Source: Chiloscyllium plagiosum (lineage: Eukaryota). Taken from it: 64,000 nucleotides of DNA. Within the stretch, counting starts at the first letter, position 1, and each line of letters opens with the position of its first letter. The stretch spans positions 57,637 to 121,636 of the forward strand of contig NC_057719.1 of the NCBI RefSeq assembly GCF_004010195.1, given 5' to 3'. The translations under genes and the position numbers were made by a program. Shown here piece after piece: positions 1-12,900 of the stretch. The notes beneath the pieces were generated by a model, which saw nothing but the letters and a program-made list of their open reading frames with translations, was not told the DNA's origin and did not search any database.

Positions 1-240
1 GCCTATCACCCTCACCTTAACCTCCTTCCACCTATCACATTTCCAATGCCCCTCCCCCAAGTCCCTCCTCCCTACCTTTTATCTTAGCCTGCTGGACACA
101 CTTTCCTCATTCCTGAAGAAGGGCTCATGCCCGAAACGTTGATTCTCCTGCTCTTTGGATGCTGCCTGACCTGCTGCGCTTTTCCAGCAACACATTTTCA
201 GCTCTGATCTCCAGCATCTGCAGTCCTCACTTTCTCCTCC
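1..240 (+). mobile_element. Penelope-like element family A, 3' terminus (pLTR) with hammerhead motif at 109-144
   Basis: Closely matches the termini of RT/GIY-YIG-coding copies at 33291-33669 and 54220-54371. Confidence 0.85.
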
Positions 241-413
241 ACAGAGCATAGATGGTTAGTTTAAGGCAGGTGGGGGAGAAAATGCACATCAGTAACTTCT
301 ACTGCCTGCCGAAGTATCTGAGTCCAGCCACCACCTTCAACAGAAATGTTAACTACCTGTGACTGCATGTATACAAGTGTTAATACTTCAGATCTGCAGT
401 AATGGAAAACAAT

Positions 414-727
414 TTAGATTAGATAGATTACTTACAGTGTGGAAACAGACCCTTCAGCCCAACAAGTCCACACCAATCCTCCAAAGAGCAACCCACCCAG
501 ACCTATTCCCCTACATTTACCCCTTCGCCTAACACTAGGGGCAATTTAGCATGGCCAATTCACCTAACCTGCACATTTTTGCAGTGTGGGAGGAAATCAG
601 AGCACCGGAGGAAACCCATGCAGACACAGGGAGAATGTGCCAACTCCACACAGACTGGAGTTGCCTGAGGTGGGAATTGAACCCGGGTCTCTGGCGCTGT
701 GAGGCAGTAGTGCTAACCCGTGTGCTG
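414..727 (-). mobile_element. HE1-like tRNA-derived SINE
   Basis: B box GGTTCAATTCC, (TCTAA)n tail, CR1-like 3' end; matches copies at 18714 and 42732. Confidence 0.85.
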
Positions 728-918
728 CAAGAAGAATGATAACAACAATTGAAACTGACAATGATTTTGTAATGTTTTCTGAAAACAAACAATGCTATTC
801 AAACAGAGACTCCATACTTGAACTATTGTACCACAAAATGTATAAAATATCCTGACGTGCTCAGAGAGTGAGAGGGGGCTCACAGCTGACAGCAGTGCTG
901 ACGAACATCTCTCTTCAA

Positions 919-1703
919 AGTTTGTGCGAAGATTTGTAGCTCGGGTGCTCGTTGTTGTGGTTCTGTTCGCCGAGCTGGAAGTTTTTGTTGCAAACGTTTC
1001 GTCCCCTGGCTAGGCGACATCATCAGTGCTTGGGAGCCTCCTGCGAAGCGCTTCTTTGATGTTTCCTCCGGTGTTTATAGTGGTCTGTCCCTGCCGCTTC
1101 CGGTTGTCAGTTTCAGCTGTCCGCTGTAGTTGTTGGTATATTGGGTCCAGGTCGATGTGTTGTCATCATCAGAAATATACACATAGACAAAGAAGAAACC
1201 ATGATATCTTTCGACGTGATGGCACTGTTCACTTCGATTGACAAAACCCTAGCCAGAGAAACAATAGCCAACCTACTGGACATACAGAACAGAAAACAGG
1301 ACGCTGAACCTATCAACAAAGACAGCATACTTAAACTACTGGACTTGTGCCTCACAACACACTTCACATTCAACAACCACATTTACGAACAAATCAACGG
1401 AACACCCATGGGATCACCAACCTCCGGACTCATAGCAGAGGCAGTTAGAACAAACAGTCCTACCACAAACTCAACCCAAACTCTGGGTCAGATATGTCGA
1501 TGACACGTTTGTAATCATTAAAAACACGGAAATAGAAAAAACACACCGGATCATCAACGCCACACTCACAGGAATCCGATTCACGAGAGAAGAAGAAAAG
1601 GATAGCCAACTCCCATTCCTAGACGTGATGGTACAGAGAACACCAGACGGAGAATTCACTACAAGGGTATACAGGAAAGACACACACACAGACCAAGTCC
1701 TAA
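919..1703 (+). mobile_element. Penelope-like element family B: inverted 3' terminus (919-1160, -) joined to a forward RT fragment (1161-1703, +), cut by a gap
   Basis: RT motifs ISFDVMALFTSI, QINGTPMGSP, YVDD, LPFLDV, VYRKDTHTD; hammerhead motif at 990-1029 (-). Confidence 0.85.
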
Positions 1704-2267
1704 NNNNNNNNNNNNNNNNNNNNNNNNNNNNNNNNNNNNNNNNNNNNNNNNNNNNNNNNNNNNNNNNNNNNNNNNNNNNNNNNNNNNNNNNNNNNNNNNN
1801 NNNNNNNNNNNNNNNNNNNNNNNNNNNNNNNNNNNNNNNNNNNNNNNNNNNNNNNNNNNNNNNNNNNNNNNNNNNNNNNNNNNNNNNNNNNNNNNNNNNN
1901 NNNNNNNNNNNNNNNNNNNNNNNNNNNNNNNNNNNNNNNNNNNNNNNNNNNNNNNNNNNNNNNNNNNNNNNNNNNNNNNNAACAAATGGAGCAGAGGCTG
2001 CAGAGAGGACAGTCTCCGTAAAATGGAATGAGGGAATCACTATCAGATCAGCCGTGGTCTTAGCGAATGGTGGGGCAGGATTGTGTGGACCACGAATGCA
2101 ACTTATTCAGAATTTGATGTAACAAACCATTTCAGCTGAGCTGACAATGCTTTATTCAATGTTATCATTCCTGTGATTTTACTCACAAAGATCTCACTTC
2201 TCCAGTTAGTCCCACTGCCCTGTCTTTTTCCCCATATTTCCACAACATCTTTTCAGTTAATTAACTG

Positions 2268-2363
2268 TTCGCAGGAGGCTCCCAAGCACTGATGATGTCG
2301 CCTAGCCAGGGGACGAAACGTTTGCAACAAAAACTTCCAGCTCGGTGAACAGAACCACAAGAA
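2268..2363 (+). mobile_element. Penelope family B terminal fragment with hammerhead motif (2286-2325)
   Basis: Near-exact reverse complement of ~955-1045. Confidence 0.8.
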
Positions 2364-2909
2364 CATCTCTCTCTCCCCGGAGCTCCGATTTCTTTGTACA
2401 ATAAACTCTGACTCTGAGACTGGTGATCTTCTCCACAACAGTTACATAGTATAGAAATAGGTTATTTGACCCATCATGTCTATGCCAACCAACAAACACC
2501 AAACAAACTAGTTCCATTTACCTATACTGGTTCACAGCCTGTTATGTCCAGATGTTTCTTAAACATTGAGAGTACCTGCCTACATCAGCCTCTTAAGGCA
2601 GCACATTCCATATTTCCACCATTCTCAAGGTGAAAACAGAACTTTTCAGATCTCCTCTGAAGCACTTACATCTCATCTTAAACTTATGCTGTCAGGTCTT
2701 AGACATGTCTGCCACGGGGAAGAGATTCTTACAATCTACTATCTGTACCTCTCAGAATTTTGTATATCTCAGTCAGATCCCCCTCACCTACTCTGCTTGA
2801 AGGAAAACAAAACTTAAGTCTGTGCAGTCTCTCCTTAAAACAGTCTTTTCATCCCAGGCAACATCCTGGTGAATCTCCTCTGCACCTCTCCAGTGCTATA
2901 TGTCTTCCT

Positions 2910-3870
2910 TCTAGGTGAAAGTGATCATGGGATTGGAAAGTGCTGTCTAAGGTGCCTTGGTAAATTTCTGAAGTGTACCTTGCAGATACTATATGTTGCT
3001 GCCACTGAGTATTGGTGGTAGAGGGAGTGGATATTTGTGGATGTGGTGCCAATGAAGCAGCTACTTTGTCCTGGAGGGTGTCAAGCTTCTTGAGTGTTTT
3101 GGGAAATGCACCCATCCAGGCAAGTGGGGAGTATTCCATCACATTCCTGACTTGTTTCTTGTAGATAGTGAACAAGCTTTAGGGAGTCAGGAGGGGAGGT
3201 ACTCACTACATTCCTGGCCCCTGACTTGTTTTTTGTAGCCCACTATTTATGTGGTGAGTTCAGTTCAGTTTCTGGTTAATGATAACCTCAAGGATGTTGA
3301 TAATAAGATGCTAGTGGGACTACTTTAGTTTGGGATTCTGGTCAACATGGATTGGTTAGACCAAAATGTCTGTTTTTGTGCTATAGGACTCTGAGTCTGA
3401 GTAGAGGATTCAGTGATGGTAATCTCATTGAATGTCAAGGGGCAGTGGTTAGATTGTCTCTTATTGGAGATCATCATTGCCTGCCATTTGTCTGACTTGC
3501 CACTTTTCAGTTTAAACTGGATTTTGTCCAGGTCTTGTTGTATTTGAACATGGACTGCATCAGTATCTGATTAGTAGCAAATGATGCTGAACGTTGTGTA
3601 GTCATTGGTGAACATCTCCACTTCTGATGGAGGGAAAATCATTGAAGCAGCTGAAGATGGTTTGGCGTAGGACACTATCCCTGAGGAACTCCTGCAGAGA
3701 TGTCCTGGAGCTGAGATGACTGACCTCCAACAACTACAACCATCTTCCAATATGTCAGGTATGACTCCAATTGGTGGAAAGTTTTCCCACTGATTGTAGT
3801 CTTGCTAGGTCTCCTTGATGTCACACTGGGTCAAATGTGGCCTTGCTGTTAAGGGCAGTCACTCTCACCT
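2910..3870 (-). mobile_element. CR1-group LINE, second family, RT fragment
   Basis: Translation YKKQVRNVMEYSPLAWMGA...LKKLDTLQDK; related pieces at 12160-12270, 16540-16730, 41110-41575. Confidence 0.7.
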
Positions 3871-4404
3871 CATGTCTAAAATAAAGAGTTGCCCCTTTAG
3901 GGAAGATGAGGATAATTGTTTCCTTTCAGGGTTGTATGACTTGGGAACTCCGCCTCAGAAGGTAGTGGTGGTGAAGACTTTAAATATTTTGAAAGTATCG
4001 CTAGCTATTCTTGATAGGCGTGGGAACAAAGGTTATCAGGTGTAGGTGAAAATGTGAAATATGAAATACAAACAGATCAGCCATGATTTTGATGATTAGT
4101 TTACCTCTGCTCCTATTTCTTATTTTCATATGCTCTATAGTGCATGAGGTACAAGGGATTCCTTCAAGAATATCTGGGGTGCAGGTTGAAGGAAATGGAA
4201 ATAGTGTCTTGGGATATTTTTACCATGTTAGAGGTGCTAATAAATTGTGGTAATAAACAAAGAAAAAATCTGTGATTGTACGTAAAAGTGACATTTTGCA
4301 GAAGTATCAGAAAATTAAGTATTAGGCTGTCAGTCAACGCAGTATAAATTTAATCCATCACCATGGTAGCCAACAGACAAAGCAGGATAATATACATGTA
4401 CAAT

Positions 4405-6738
4405 TATACACAAGACTGTATTATTTATTTTTTCCCTTTAAGTTCATTGCCTATGGTATATTCCTTCTTAACAAACGCTATGATACAACCACAGCAACAA
4501 TATTATTCAAAATATTTAAACAGTTGTCACAGTTACAGAATTCTAAATAAACTCACAAAAATGCTAGGTTTTTAAAATTCCGCTGTACAAAGAAAATTAA
4601 ATTATACAAAGCATCAAAAATATTGTAACAATCCTACTGCATAGTGCAGCTGTACCCATAGACAACAGTGATGTTACAAGGAACTTAATTTTTAAGTGCA
4701 AGTGTCAAAAAGCAAGAATTATACACAAGTTTTGGGCATTTAGTCACATTTCTAATTCTTATTGACTATATTTTTTAAATTCTCTCAGTAACAAGGAATG
4801 AGGAGGTGGTTTAGAACTCTATCCTGTGCTGTCTATATTATACTTTTGCCCAATAATTTTTAAAAACAATACTTAAGATCACAAGTATGGGCAGTAAGAT
4901 TGTTGCATCTATCCTTCCAAACAACAGCGCCCCCGCCTTATTTTTGAGAGCAAGAGTAAAAAGCGAGAAAGACTGAACACAATAATAACTGAGCTGGGGC
5001 CCCTCTGAGGTTGGAGGTGCAGGTCTATATAGCAAGCTGTGCTCACCACTTGCCACTTAACGTTCATTTCTTTTTCAACTCAACATTGGCTGAAGAAAAG
5101 TGATAGCACCAACAAAAAAACCCAAATAATAATAGAAAAAAATCTTCCTCTCTCCCACTCAAAATGATAAGATTGAAAAGCAGGAAGTGTTCTCTGCACT
5201 GTAGTTATGAAGTAATATTCATCTGAGTATCCTGTTATTAGCCCATTCATAACTGGGCTGTTTTTCTTCATCTCCATTCAATGGGGTTCATCTAAGTGTA
5301 AATGGTTAAGGGCGGGAGCAAGATGCTGTAGCTTGCTGATATCTGTGGGTTTTTAATGTAATGTGGTTTTACACTCAAACTAGAAGAATTTGAAATTAGG
5401 TTTTAGGATGTCAACGCCCTGGAACACCAACATCATTTACACCAGCTCTTACAGGAAAGTCAAATCTCCACTCCCTGCCCTCCCAAAAAACTGCAAGTTC
5501 TCTTTCTGCTGCATATGCTGCAGGAGTTTGCACGTTTTTGTTCTAGTGCGTGCGTGGGGGGTGAACCTTGAAATACCGAGTACATTTCTTTTATCCAGAA
5601 TTATTGGGTTTGATTGCCTGCATAGTCCGATATGAATTTAGCCCTGGGATACAATTAATCAAAATGGCTGTTTGTTTTCTTCCATAATTTGGGGGATTAA
5701 ATGTTTCCACAGCAGATTGAAGATAATTATTGCAGAATATTGGGGATGCAACATTTCAACAGGAGAACCAGAATGTTTTGCACAGATAGGTATTGGACAG
5801 TCAAATGTCCCTCCACTCATTTCCTTTCCCTGCCAACCCCTTCCACCTCCAAAGTAAACATACCCCTTTTTAATTTTCACAAAAGCTGAAACTATTTCCC
5901 ATCCAAGAGGATGTTCAGGCAAGCTGGAGCTAAGCTTCTACTGATACCAGAGCTGCATGAGCTGTGTGGCTTCGGTTACTTATCTTTTCGATGTGCTGGA
6001 TCTGTCCTGTCACTGCAGCACTGGGGCACACAATATTAGGCTGGCCCACTAGAAAAGAAATAAAAACTGGGAATGTACTATATCCCTTTGAATTAAACCA
6101 AATTATTTCTGGCAAAGGTCTCAGCAAGCAATTGTCAAGATAGTCAGTGCACAGCTAAAGAAAGTATATTATGTTTAGTCATTAAAGGCTTGAGCAATGG
6201 GCTTGGCATCATGGAAAGTTGCAGGCGCAGAAGCAAGTTCTGGGTTTCGGGGGTTGGATCGGCTTGTCAGTTACAAGTTATGTCAGTCAGGATGACAGAA
6301 TGATTATCACCCTTGCTTTGGAAACAATAAAATTAAGAATCTACAAGATTACTCTTAGAGCTGATGGGTTACAATCTGCAGTGCATCCAAGCAACAACGG
6401 TCTCAATCCCATGACCTTGCCAAACTGAGATGAGCAGCAGAATCCTCGCTGAGGCAGTCACACTATTCACACGCTTCTGTTTTTGAAAAATATATCTCCA
6501 TGCCATCTCTAAAATACATTGGGTGAATATTCTATGCAGCATCAGATCAGTCAAATTATCAGCTCACCTGAAGGATACTGTCTGTTGTATTTTTTACTTC
6601 ACTGAACAAAGTGAGACCAAAATATACAGGCAGGAAAGTGTAATGTGTAGTGAATCCTGGTTGGTTCCCAGCATTGGGAGTTCAAAGCTTCATGAACATT
6701 TCTGTCCTTTCCCGGGAAGCTGATATTTGCTTTGACAA
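4405..6738 (-). other. ATG2B: Probable ATG2B 3' UTR (~2.3 kb)
   Basis: AU-rich stretch with no recognisable repeats between the stop codon and an AATAAA signal; the 3' end is inferred. Confidence 0.6.
4424..4429 (-). terminator. Candidate polyadenylation signal AATAAA
   Basis: Plus-strand tttatt at 4424-4429; on the minus strand it has several TGTA motifs upstream and a GT-rich tract downstream. Confidence 0.6.
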
Positions 6739-6969
6739 TTACTGGTCGCTAAGACGCCACTTCTGGGACTCTTCCTGACGGGCATCTGGCTGAATCTGGT
6801 TTCGCATCCCACCGAGCACATTGGAGGTAGCCTCCGTTGCAACGATGAGTGGCTTCACCACAGCTGGTGGGATTTGCCGCAAGACACCTCCCACTGCTCC
6901 AGTCATACCCCTCTGCTCATGCTCCCGTGCTGCAGTCTCGTAGATCATGTGAGCTGTGTCCGTGAACCC
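6739..6969 (-). CDS. ATG2B: ATG2B last coding exon (GFTDTAH...QKWRLSDQ*)
   Basis: tgcag acceptor, 77 codons including the TAA stop at 6739-6741, ATG2 C-terminal region. Confidence 0.95.
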   Translation of the reverse strand, partial: GFTDTAHMIYETAAREHEQRGMTGAVGGVLRQIPPAVVKPLIVATEATSNVLGGMRNQIQPDARQEESQKWRLSDQ

Positions 6970-9900
6970 CTGCATACAAAACATAGAATCACATGCTCAC
7001 CAAGAGATGATTCTTGCCGAAATATTCCATGGCCTTGGCCCTGTCTAACCGGAAACGTTCATGGGATTCACAGCCTAAACTCCAGACTAATGTCCTGGGG
7101 ACAGGGGTTCAAATCCTACTGTGACAGAATGTGGAACTTGAATGTATTAAAAAGCAAACCTAAAGACAGCCATCTCTTACTGTCAACTATTGTTTAAAAA
7201 AAAAGTCCCATCTTGTTCACTAATGTCCTTTAGGGAAGGGAATCTGCCATCCTTACCTGATCATGCCTACACGTGACTCCAGACCACAACTATGTGCCTG
7301 GCTCTTACCTGCCCTCTGGGCAGTTAGGGATGGGCAATAAATGCTGGCCTGGACAGCCATACCCACATCCTGCAAATGTATAAGGAAAGAAATGTGAAAA
7401 ATGTAGGTCAGTGGGATTGAGGGACATGGGGAGTCGGTGGTTGATCTGACAGGAAGAGAGGGCAGTTCAGACAAACACTCTTTTGAGGTACTACACTGAA
7501 ATAAAAGGGAAGGGATTTTCTGACTATAATATCATCCATTTTATTACAATTCGTGCAATTAAAGTTCTGGGTGATATTGTGAGATCGTTCAGAAGTTCTT
7601 TGCAAATTACTGAATGTACCAGAAAACATCTCCATTCACCTCTTTTACTACATCGTATGCCTTAGCGACTCCTTCCCGCAAATCAACAGGTTGATGGGCC
7701 AATCGGTGTTGAGAGATACGCTTGGTCCTCATCAAACCGGGTGTAGTCGTGCCTGGGGAAACCATGTCATAGGCCGTCTCTGCTGCTGCCTGACAGTTTA
7801 AAAAAAAATCAGTATCAATCATCGATATTCCTTATATAAATTATAGTTGTCAATGCGTGCAATTTATGTAGATAGCTCACATTTAAACATTTTTGTTTTC
7901 ATTGCTGTTTCAGTACCTGACAGACTTGCAACTTATTTACATGTTTAAAGTACCCCCACCAATGCACTGAATATTGCCACCAATACTCAGGTGGAGATTG
8001 ATGGCTGCACTGAATTGCAAACAAACAGCAAAGAAAAGTGACAACTGGGCCTAACTAATCTGTGCTGCCGTTTACATGCCACCCAACCGCTCAGATTCTA
8101 CTTGTCTCGTCTCAGCCTTTGTGCGTGAAGCTGCAGGCCATTGACAGGATGTTAAAGGAGTACAGTGGAACCTCGATTATCCTGCATTCAATGAACCAAG
8201 CAAAATACACCCCCCCACGCCCATGTCCTTCAGATAATCGAGGTTCCTCTATAATTCACATCTGTCTTTACACTGGAAACGGGTGGATGCAAGTACAGAA
8301 TTTGAGAAGATGGGCTGTGATGTTCTTGAACAGATTGATAAGAAGCGAGGAGGCATTGGAGATTTTGGTGGATTTAGAAGTGGACAGATTACCAGGTCTA
8401 GATGAGTTGTTTCCCAGGCTGCTGTGGGAGATGAGGAAGGGAATTATAGGGGCTCTGATCCAAAGTTTCAAATTGTCTATGGCCACAGGGGAGGTGCCAC
8501 AGGACTTGAGGAGAGCTAATAGGGTTCCACCATACAAGAAAGGTGGTAGAGATAGACCAGCGGTAGGGAAACTATTGGAGAAAATAGTGAAGGAGCAAAT
8601 TAGTCTCCATTTAGCGAGGCAAGGTTTGATTAGGGATAGTCAATGTGGCTTTCTCAGAAGAGGTCATACTTAACAGATCTGGTGAAATTTTCCAGGAAGG
8701 TGACCAAGTATTTGGATGATGGTGGGACAGCTGATGTATTTTATATGAAATTCAGTTAAACCTTTCACAGGTCTGATATAGGAAATTGATAGACAAAGTA
8801 ATAGCTCATGGGATCCAGGGTAACTCGGAAAGATAGATCCAAAACTGACTTAGGGACAGGAGACCGAAGGTGGTGATAGAAGGCCTGGAGCCCAGTGTGC
8901 AGTGGGTGTACCACAGGAAATGGTGCTGGGTCCCTTATTGTTTGTGATATTCATAATGGATATAGTTGGGAATGTGATGGGAATGACAACAGAACAGAAC
9001 AGCAATCGATTGTATATTTTGAAAAATAAATGTGACAATGAAAAGGTTATAACTTGCCGTACCACCATGCCTAAATTAATGATAGACATCATAAATAAGA
9101 TGAAAAAACTGAAAGTTCATCACAGTTTAATTAATGGCTCCTGGATTCAGGCTACCCTAGAAAATGGGGCCAAGACTGCCACGCAAGGCTGAGGTGAGCC
9201 TTTCACAGTGGGACTAGATGAGTAAGTTTGCAATGACACAAAGATTGGCTAGGTGGTTGATAGTGAGCGGTGCTCCGAAAGCTAGTGCTTCCAATTAAAC
9301 CTGTTGGACTATAATCTGGTGTTGTGTGATTTTTAATTTAGTAGGATATAAATGGATTAGTCAGATAGGCAATTCAGTGGAAGTTGTAATTAAACCCTGA
9401 TAAATGTGAGGTGATGCACTTTGGAAGAAGGAACAAGACAAGAGAGTACTCAATGAATAACACGACTCTAGGAAGCTCAGAAGAAGAGTGATTGCTTGTG
9501 CACAGATCCCTTAAAATGGAAGGATAAGTTAATAGGGTAGAAAAGAAGGCATTGTTTTGGCAGCAGTTCGAGTGGGAGGAGTGACAGTGAGGACCAGAGG
9601 TCCGATGGGAAGATAAATTTTAAAAGATATAAAAGCTTATCTTATGTATAGGTGGAGTGCACACTGAGCAGGAGCGGGCATGGGACTGCTGGGTATGTGA
9701 GGCTTTATATTTGGATGGTTGCTTTAACCGGAACACAACTCAGGTAGTGTCTCCCACCCATCCTCCTCCTCCTCTAACCAAAACAAAAGATTATGTGTGC
9801 CGGATTGGTAAAGTGATTAGTTTCTTTATTTTCTTTTCAGTTTTTCAGTAGTCTCACTGGGAATTTTGAATAGTTGGAATGGAAGTTAGGGCAGTTGAAT

Positions 9901-12900
9901 GTCTCCTGTAGAATGTGGGAGGTAAGGGTCACCATTCCCTGCTGACTGCATCTGTGGGATATGCAACTCCAGCTCCTTGAAAAGTGTTAGAGAACTGGAG
10001 CGGGATGAACTTTGGATCATTTGAAAGGCGGAGGGGATTATTGGGAGGAGTTAGAGGGAGGTAGTCACACCTCAGGTACAAGAAGAAGGTTGATGGGTTA
10101 CCGCTAGGAGATGGAAAGGGAACCGGCAGGCAGTGACCGTTCCGCTCAACAACAAGCATACCATTTTGGATATTGTTTTTTGGGGGTGGGGGGGGGTTTG
10201 GGGGGAGGACTTACCAGGGTGAGCAATGGGGCACAGGTCTCTGGCACAGAGTCTGTCCCTGTTGTTCAGAGGGGAAGGGGGAAGAGGAGCAGAGCATTAG
10301 TCATTGGGGACTCCATAATTGGGGGACAGACAGGAGGTTCTGTGAGAATGAGAGAGACTCACAGTTGGTGTGTTGCCTCCCAAGTGCTAGGATTTGTAAC
10401 GTGTTGGATCGTGTTTTTGGGATCCATGAGGGGGAGGGGGGAGCAGCCCCAAGTTGTGGTCCACATACACACCAACAACACAGGTAGGAAAAGGGGATTT
10501 AAGGTAGAAATTCAGGAAGCTAGGATGGAAGCCGAGAGCAAGAACAAAAAGTTGTTATCTCTGGTTTGTGCCACGTGCTAGCGAGGTGAGGAACAGGGAG
10601 AGAGAGGAGTTGAACACGTGGCCACAGGGATGGTGCAGGAGGGAGGGTTTTGGATTCCTGGATAATTGGGGCTCAATCTGGGTTAGATAGGATCTCTACA
10701 AACAGGTATGTCTTCACCTGAACCAGAGGGGTACCAATATCCTTGGGGGAGGGGGGGGGGGGGGGGGGGGTGGAGTTTGCTAATATTTTTCAGGTGAGTT
10801 TAAACTAGTTCAGCAGGGAATGGGAACTGAAATTACAGTGCAAGCACACGTGAGGATGAGAGTAGTGAGGTCAGAACTAAGATTTCAACATCGCAAGGAG
10901 GCACCAGCAGGCAAGAATGTGGTTTGAAGTATGTCTACTTCAACGCCATGAGCATCCGGAATAAGGTGGGTGAACTTGCAGCATGGGTTGGTACCTGGCA
11001 CTTGGAATGGGACATGGGGAGAGCAGGGACAGGAATGGTTGTGGCAGGTTCCATGATTTAGATGTTTCAGTAAGGAGAGAGAAAATAGTAAAGGTGGGGG
11101 AGGTGAGGCATTGTTAGTCAAGGACAGTATTACGGTTGCAGAAAGGATGTTTGAGGACTTGTCTACTGAGGTAGTATGGGCTGAGATTAGAAACAGGAAA
11201 GGAGAGGTCATCCTATTGGGAGTTATTTTATAGGCCTCTGAATATTTGCAGAGATATAGAGGATAGGAGATGATCTTCGATAGGCGCAAAAGTAACAGGG
11301 GAGTTGTTATTGGGGACTTTAACTTTCCAAATATTGACTGGGAATACTATAGTTCAAGTACTTTAGATGGGTCAGTTTTTGTCCAATGTGCAGGAGGGTT
11401 TCCTGACACAGTATGTAGACAGGCCTACAAGGGGCAAGGCCACATTAGATTTGGTACTGAGTAATGAACCAAGCCAGGTGTTAGGTTTGGAGATAGGTGA
11501 GTACTTTGGTGATAGTGACCACAATTCAGTTATGTTTACTTTAGAGATGGAGAGAGAGAGATATATACCATTGGGCAAGAGTTATAGCTGGGGGAAAGGC
11601 AATTACGATGCAATTAGATAAGAATTAGGATGCACAGGATGGGGAAGGAAACTGATTGGGATGGGCACAGTTGAAATGTGGAGCTTATTCAAGGAACAGC
11701 TGCTGGGTGTCCTTGATAAGTATGTACCTCTCAGGCAGGGAGGAAGTTGTCCAGCGCGGGAGCAGTGGTCTACTAAGCAATTTGAATCTCTTGTCAAGAG
11801 GAAGGTGGCTTATGTTAGGATGTTCAGTTAGGGCGCTTCAGAGTTACAAGTTAGTCAGGAAGGACCTAAAGAGAGAGCTAAGAAGAGCCAGGAGGGGACA
11901 TGAGAAGTCATTGGCGGATAGGATCAAGGAAAACCCTGAGGTTTTCTGTAGGTACATCAGGAATAAAGGAATGACAAGAGTAAGATTAGGGCCGATCAAG
12001 CATAGTGGTGTGAAGTTGCGCATGGAGTCAGAGGAGATGGTGAAGCGCTAAATGAATACTTTTCGTTACTATTCACACTGGAAAAAGACAATGTGGTCGA
12101 AGAGAATACTGAGATACAGGCTACTAGACTAGATGGGATTGAGGTGCATAAGGAGGAGGTGTCAAGCTTCTTGAGTGTTGTTGGAGCTGCCCCCGTCCAG
12201 GCTGGTAGGGAGTATTCCATCACAGGCTTTGGGGAGTCAGGAGGTGAGTTACTCAAAGCAGAAATTCCGCAATCATGATACATGAGGGAAATGAAAAGCT
12301 AACATTCATAAACAGCAAAGATCACAAACAAAGATGGTGAAAGATAAAATCACTGGCAAAGTTGTTGGATATTTACCAGGATTTTAACTACAGACCTCCA
12401 TTGTTCTACATTCCATGGCCATCAGGTAATATAAAATATCAAATAAGGTTAATCCCAGCAAGAATTAGATACTGAAAAGTTGTTTCTCAGACAGCTAAGG
12501 ACAGACAGAAGTTTTTGTTTCATTTTGGGTGTGGTAACATGAATGTTGTGGGTCAAAGAGTCAAAGTCAAAGAGATATATGGCATGGAAACAGACTTTTC
12601 AGTCCAACTTGTCCATGCCGACCAGATATTCTAACCTAATCTAATTCCATTTGCCAGCACTTGGCCCATATCTCTCTAAACCTTTCCTATTCACATTGTT
12701 CATAATTCCTGGGAGGTTCTGCACATCAGTTTCCAGATGCATTTGAAATTTGAATTCAAGAAATATTGGAATTAATAGTCTAATGAAGACCACAAAACCA
12801 TTGTTGACTGTTTGAAAAAGCCTATCTGGTTCACTAATGCCCTTTAGGGAAAGAAATCTGCCATCCTTACCTGGTCTGACCTACATGTAACTCCACACCC

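Noticed and set aside
6739..6969. ATG2A assignment
   Set aside because: The C-terminal and internal peptides match recalled ATG2B better; a phylogeny would be decisive.
10744..10772. Poly-G run / G-quadruplex
   Set aside because: A homopolymer expansion inside a dead CR1 ORF1; length unreliable and no functional evidence.
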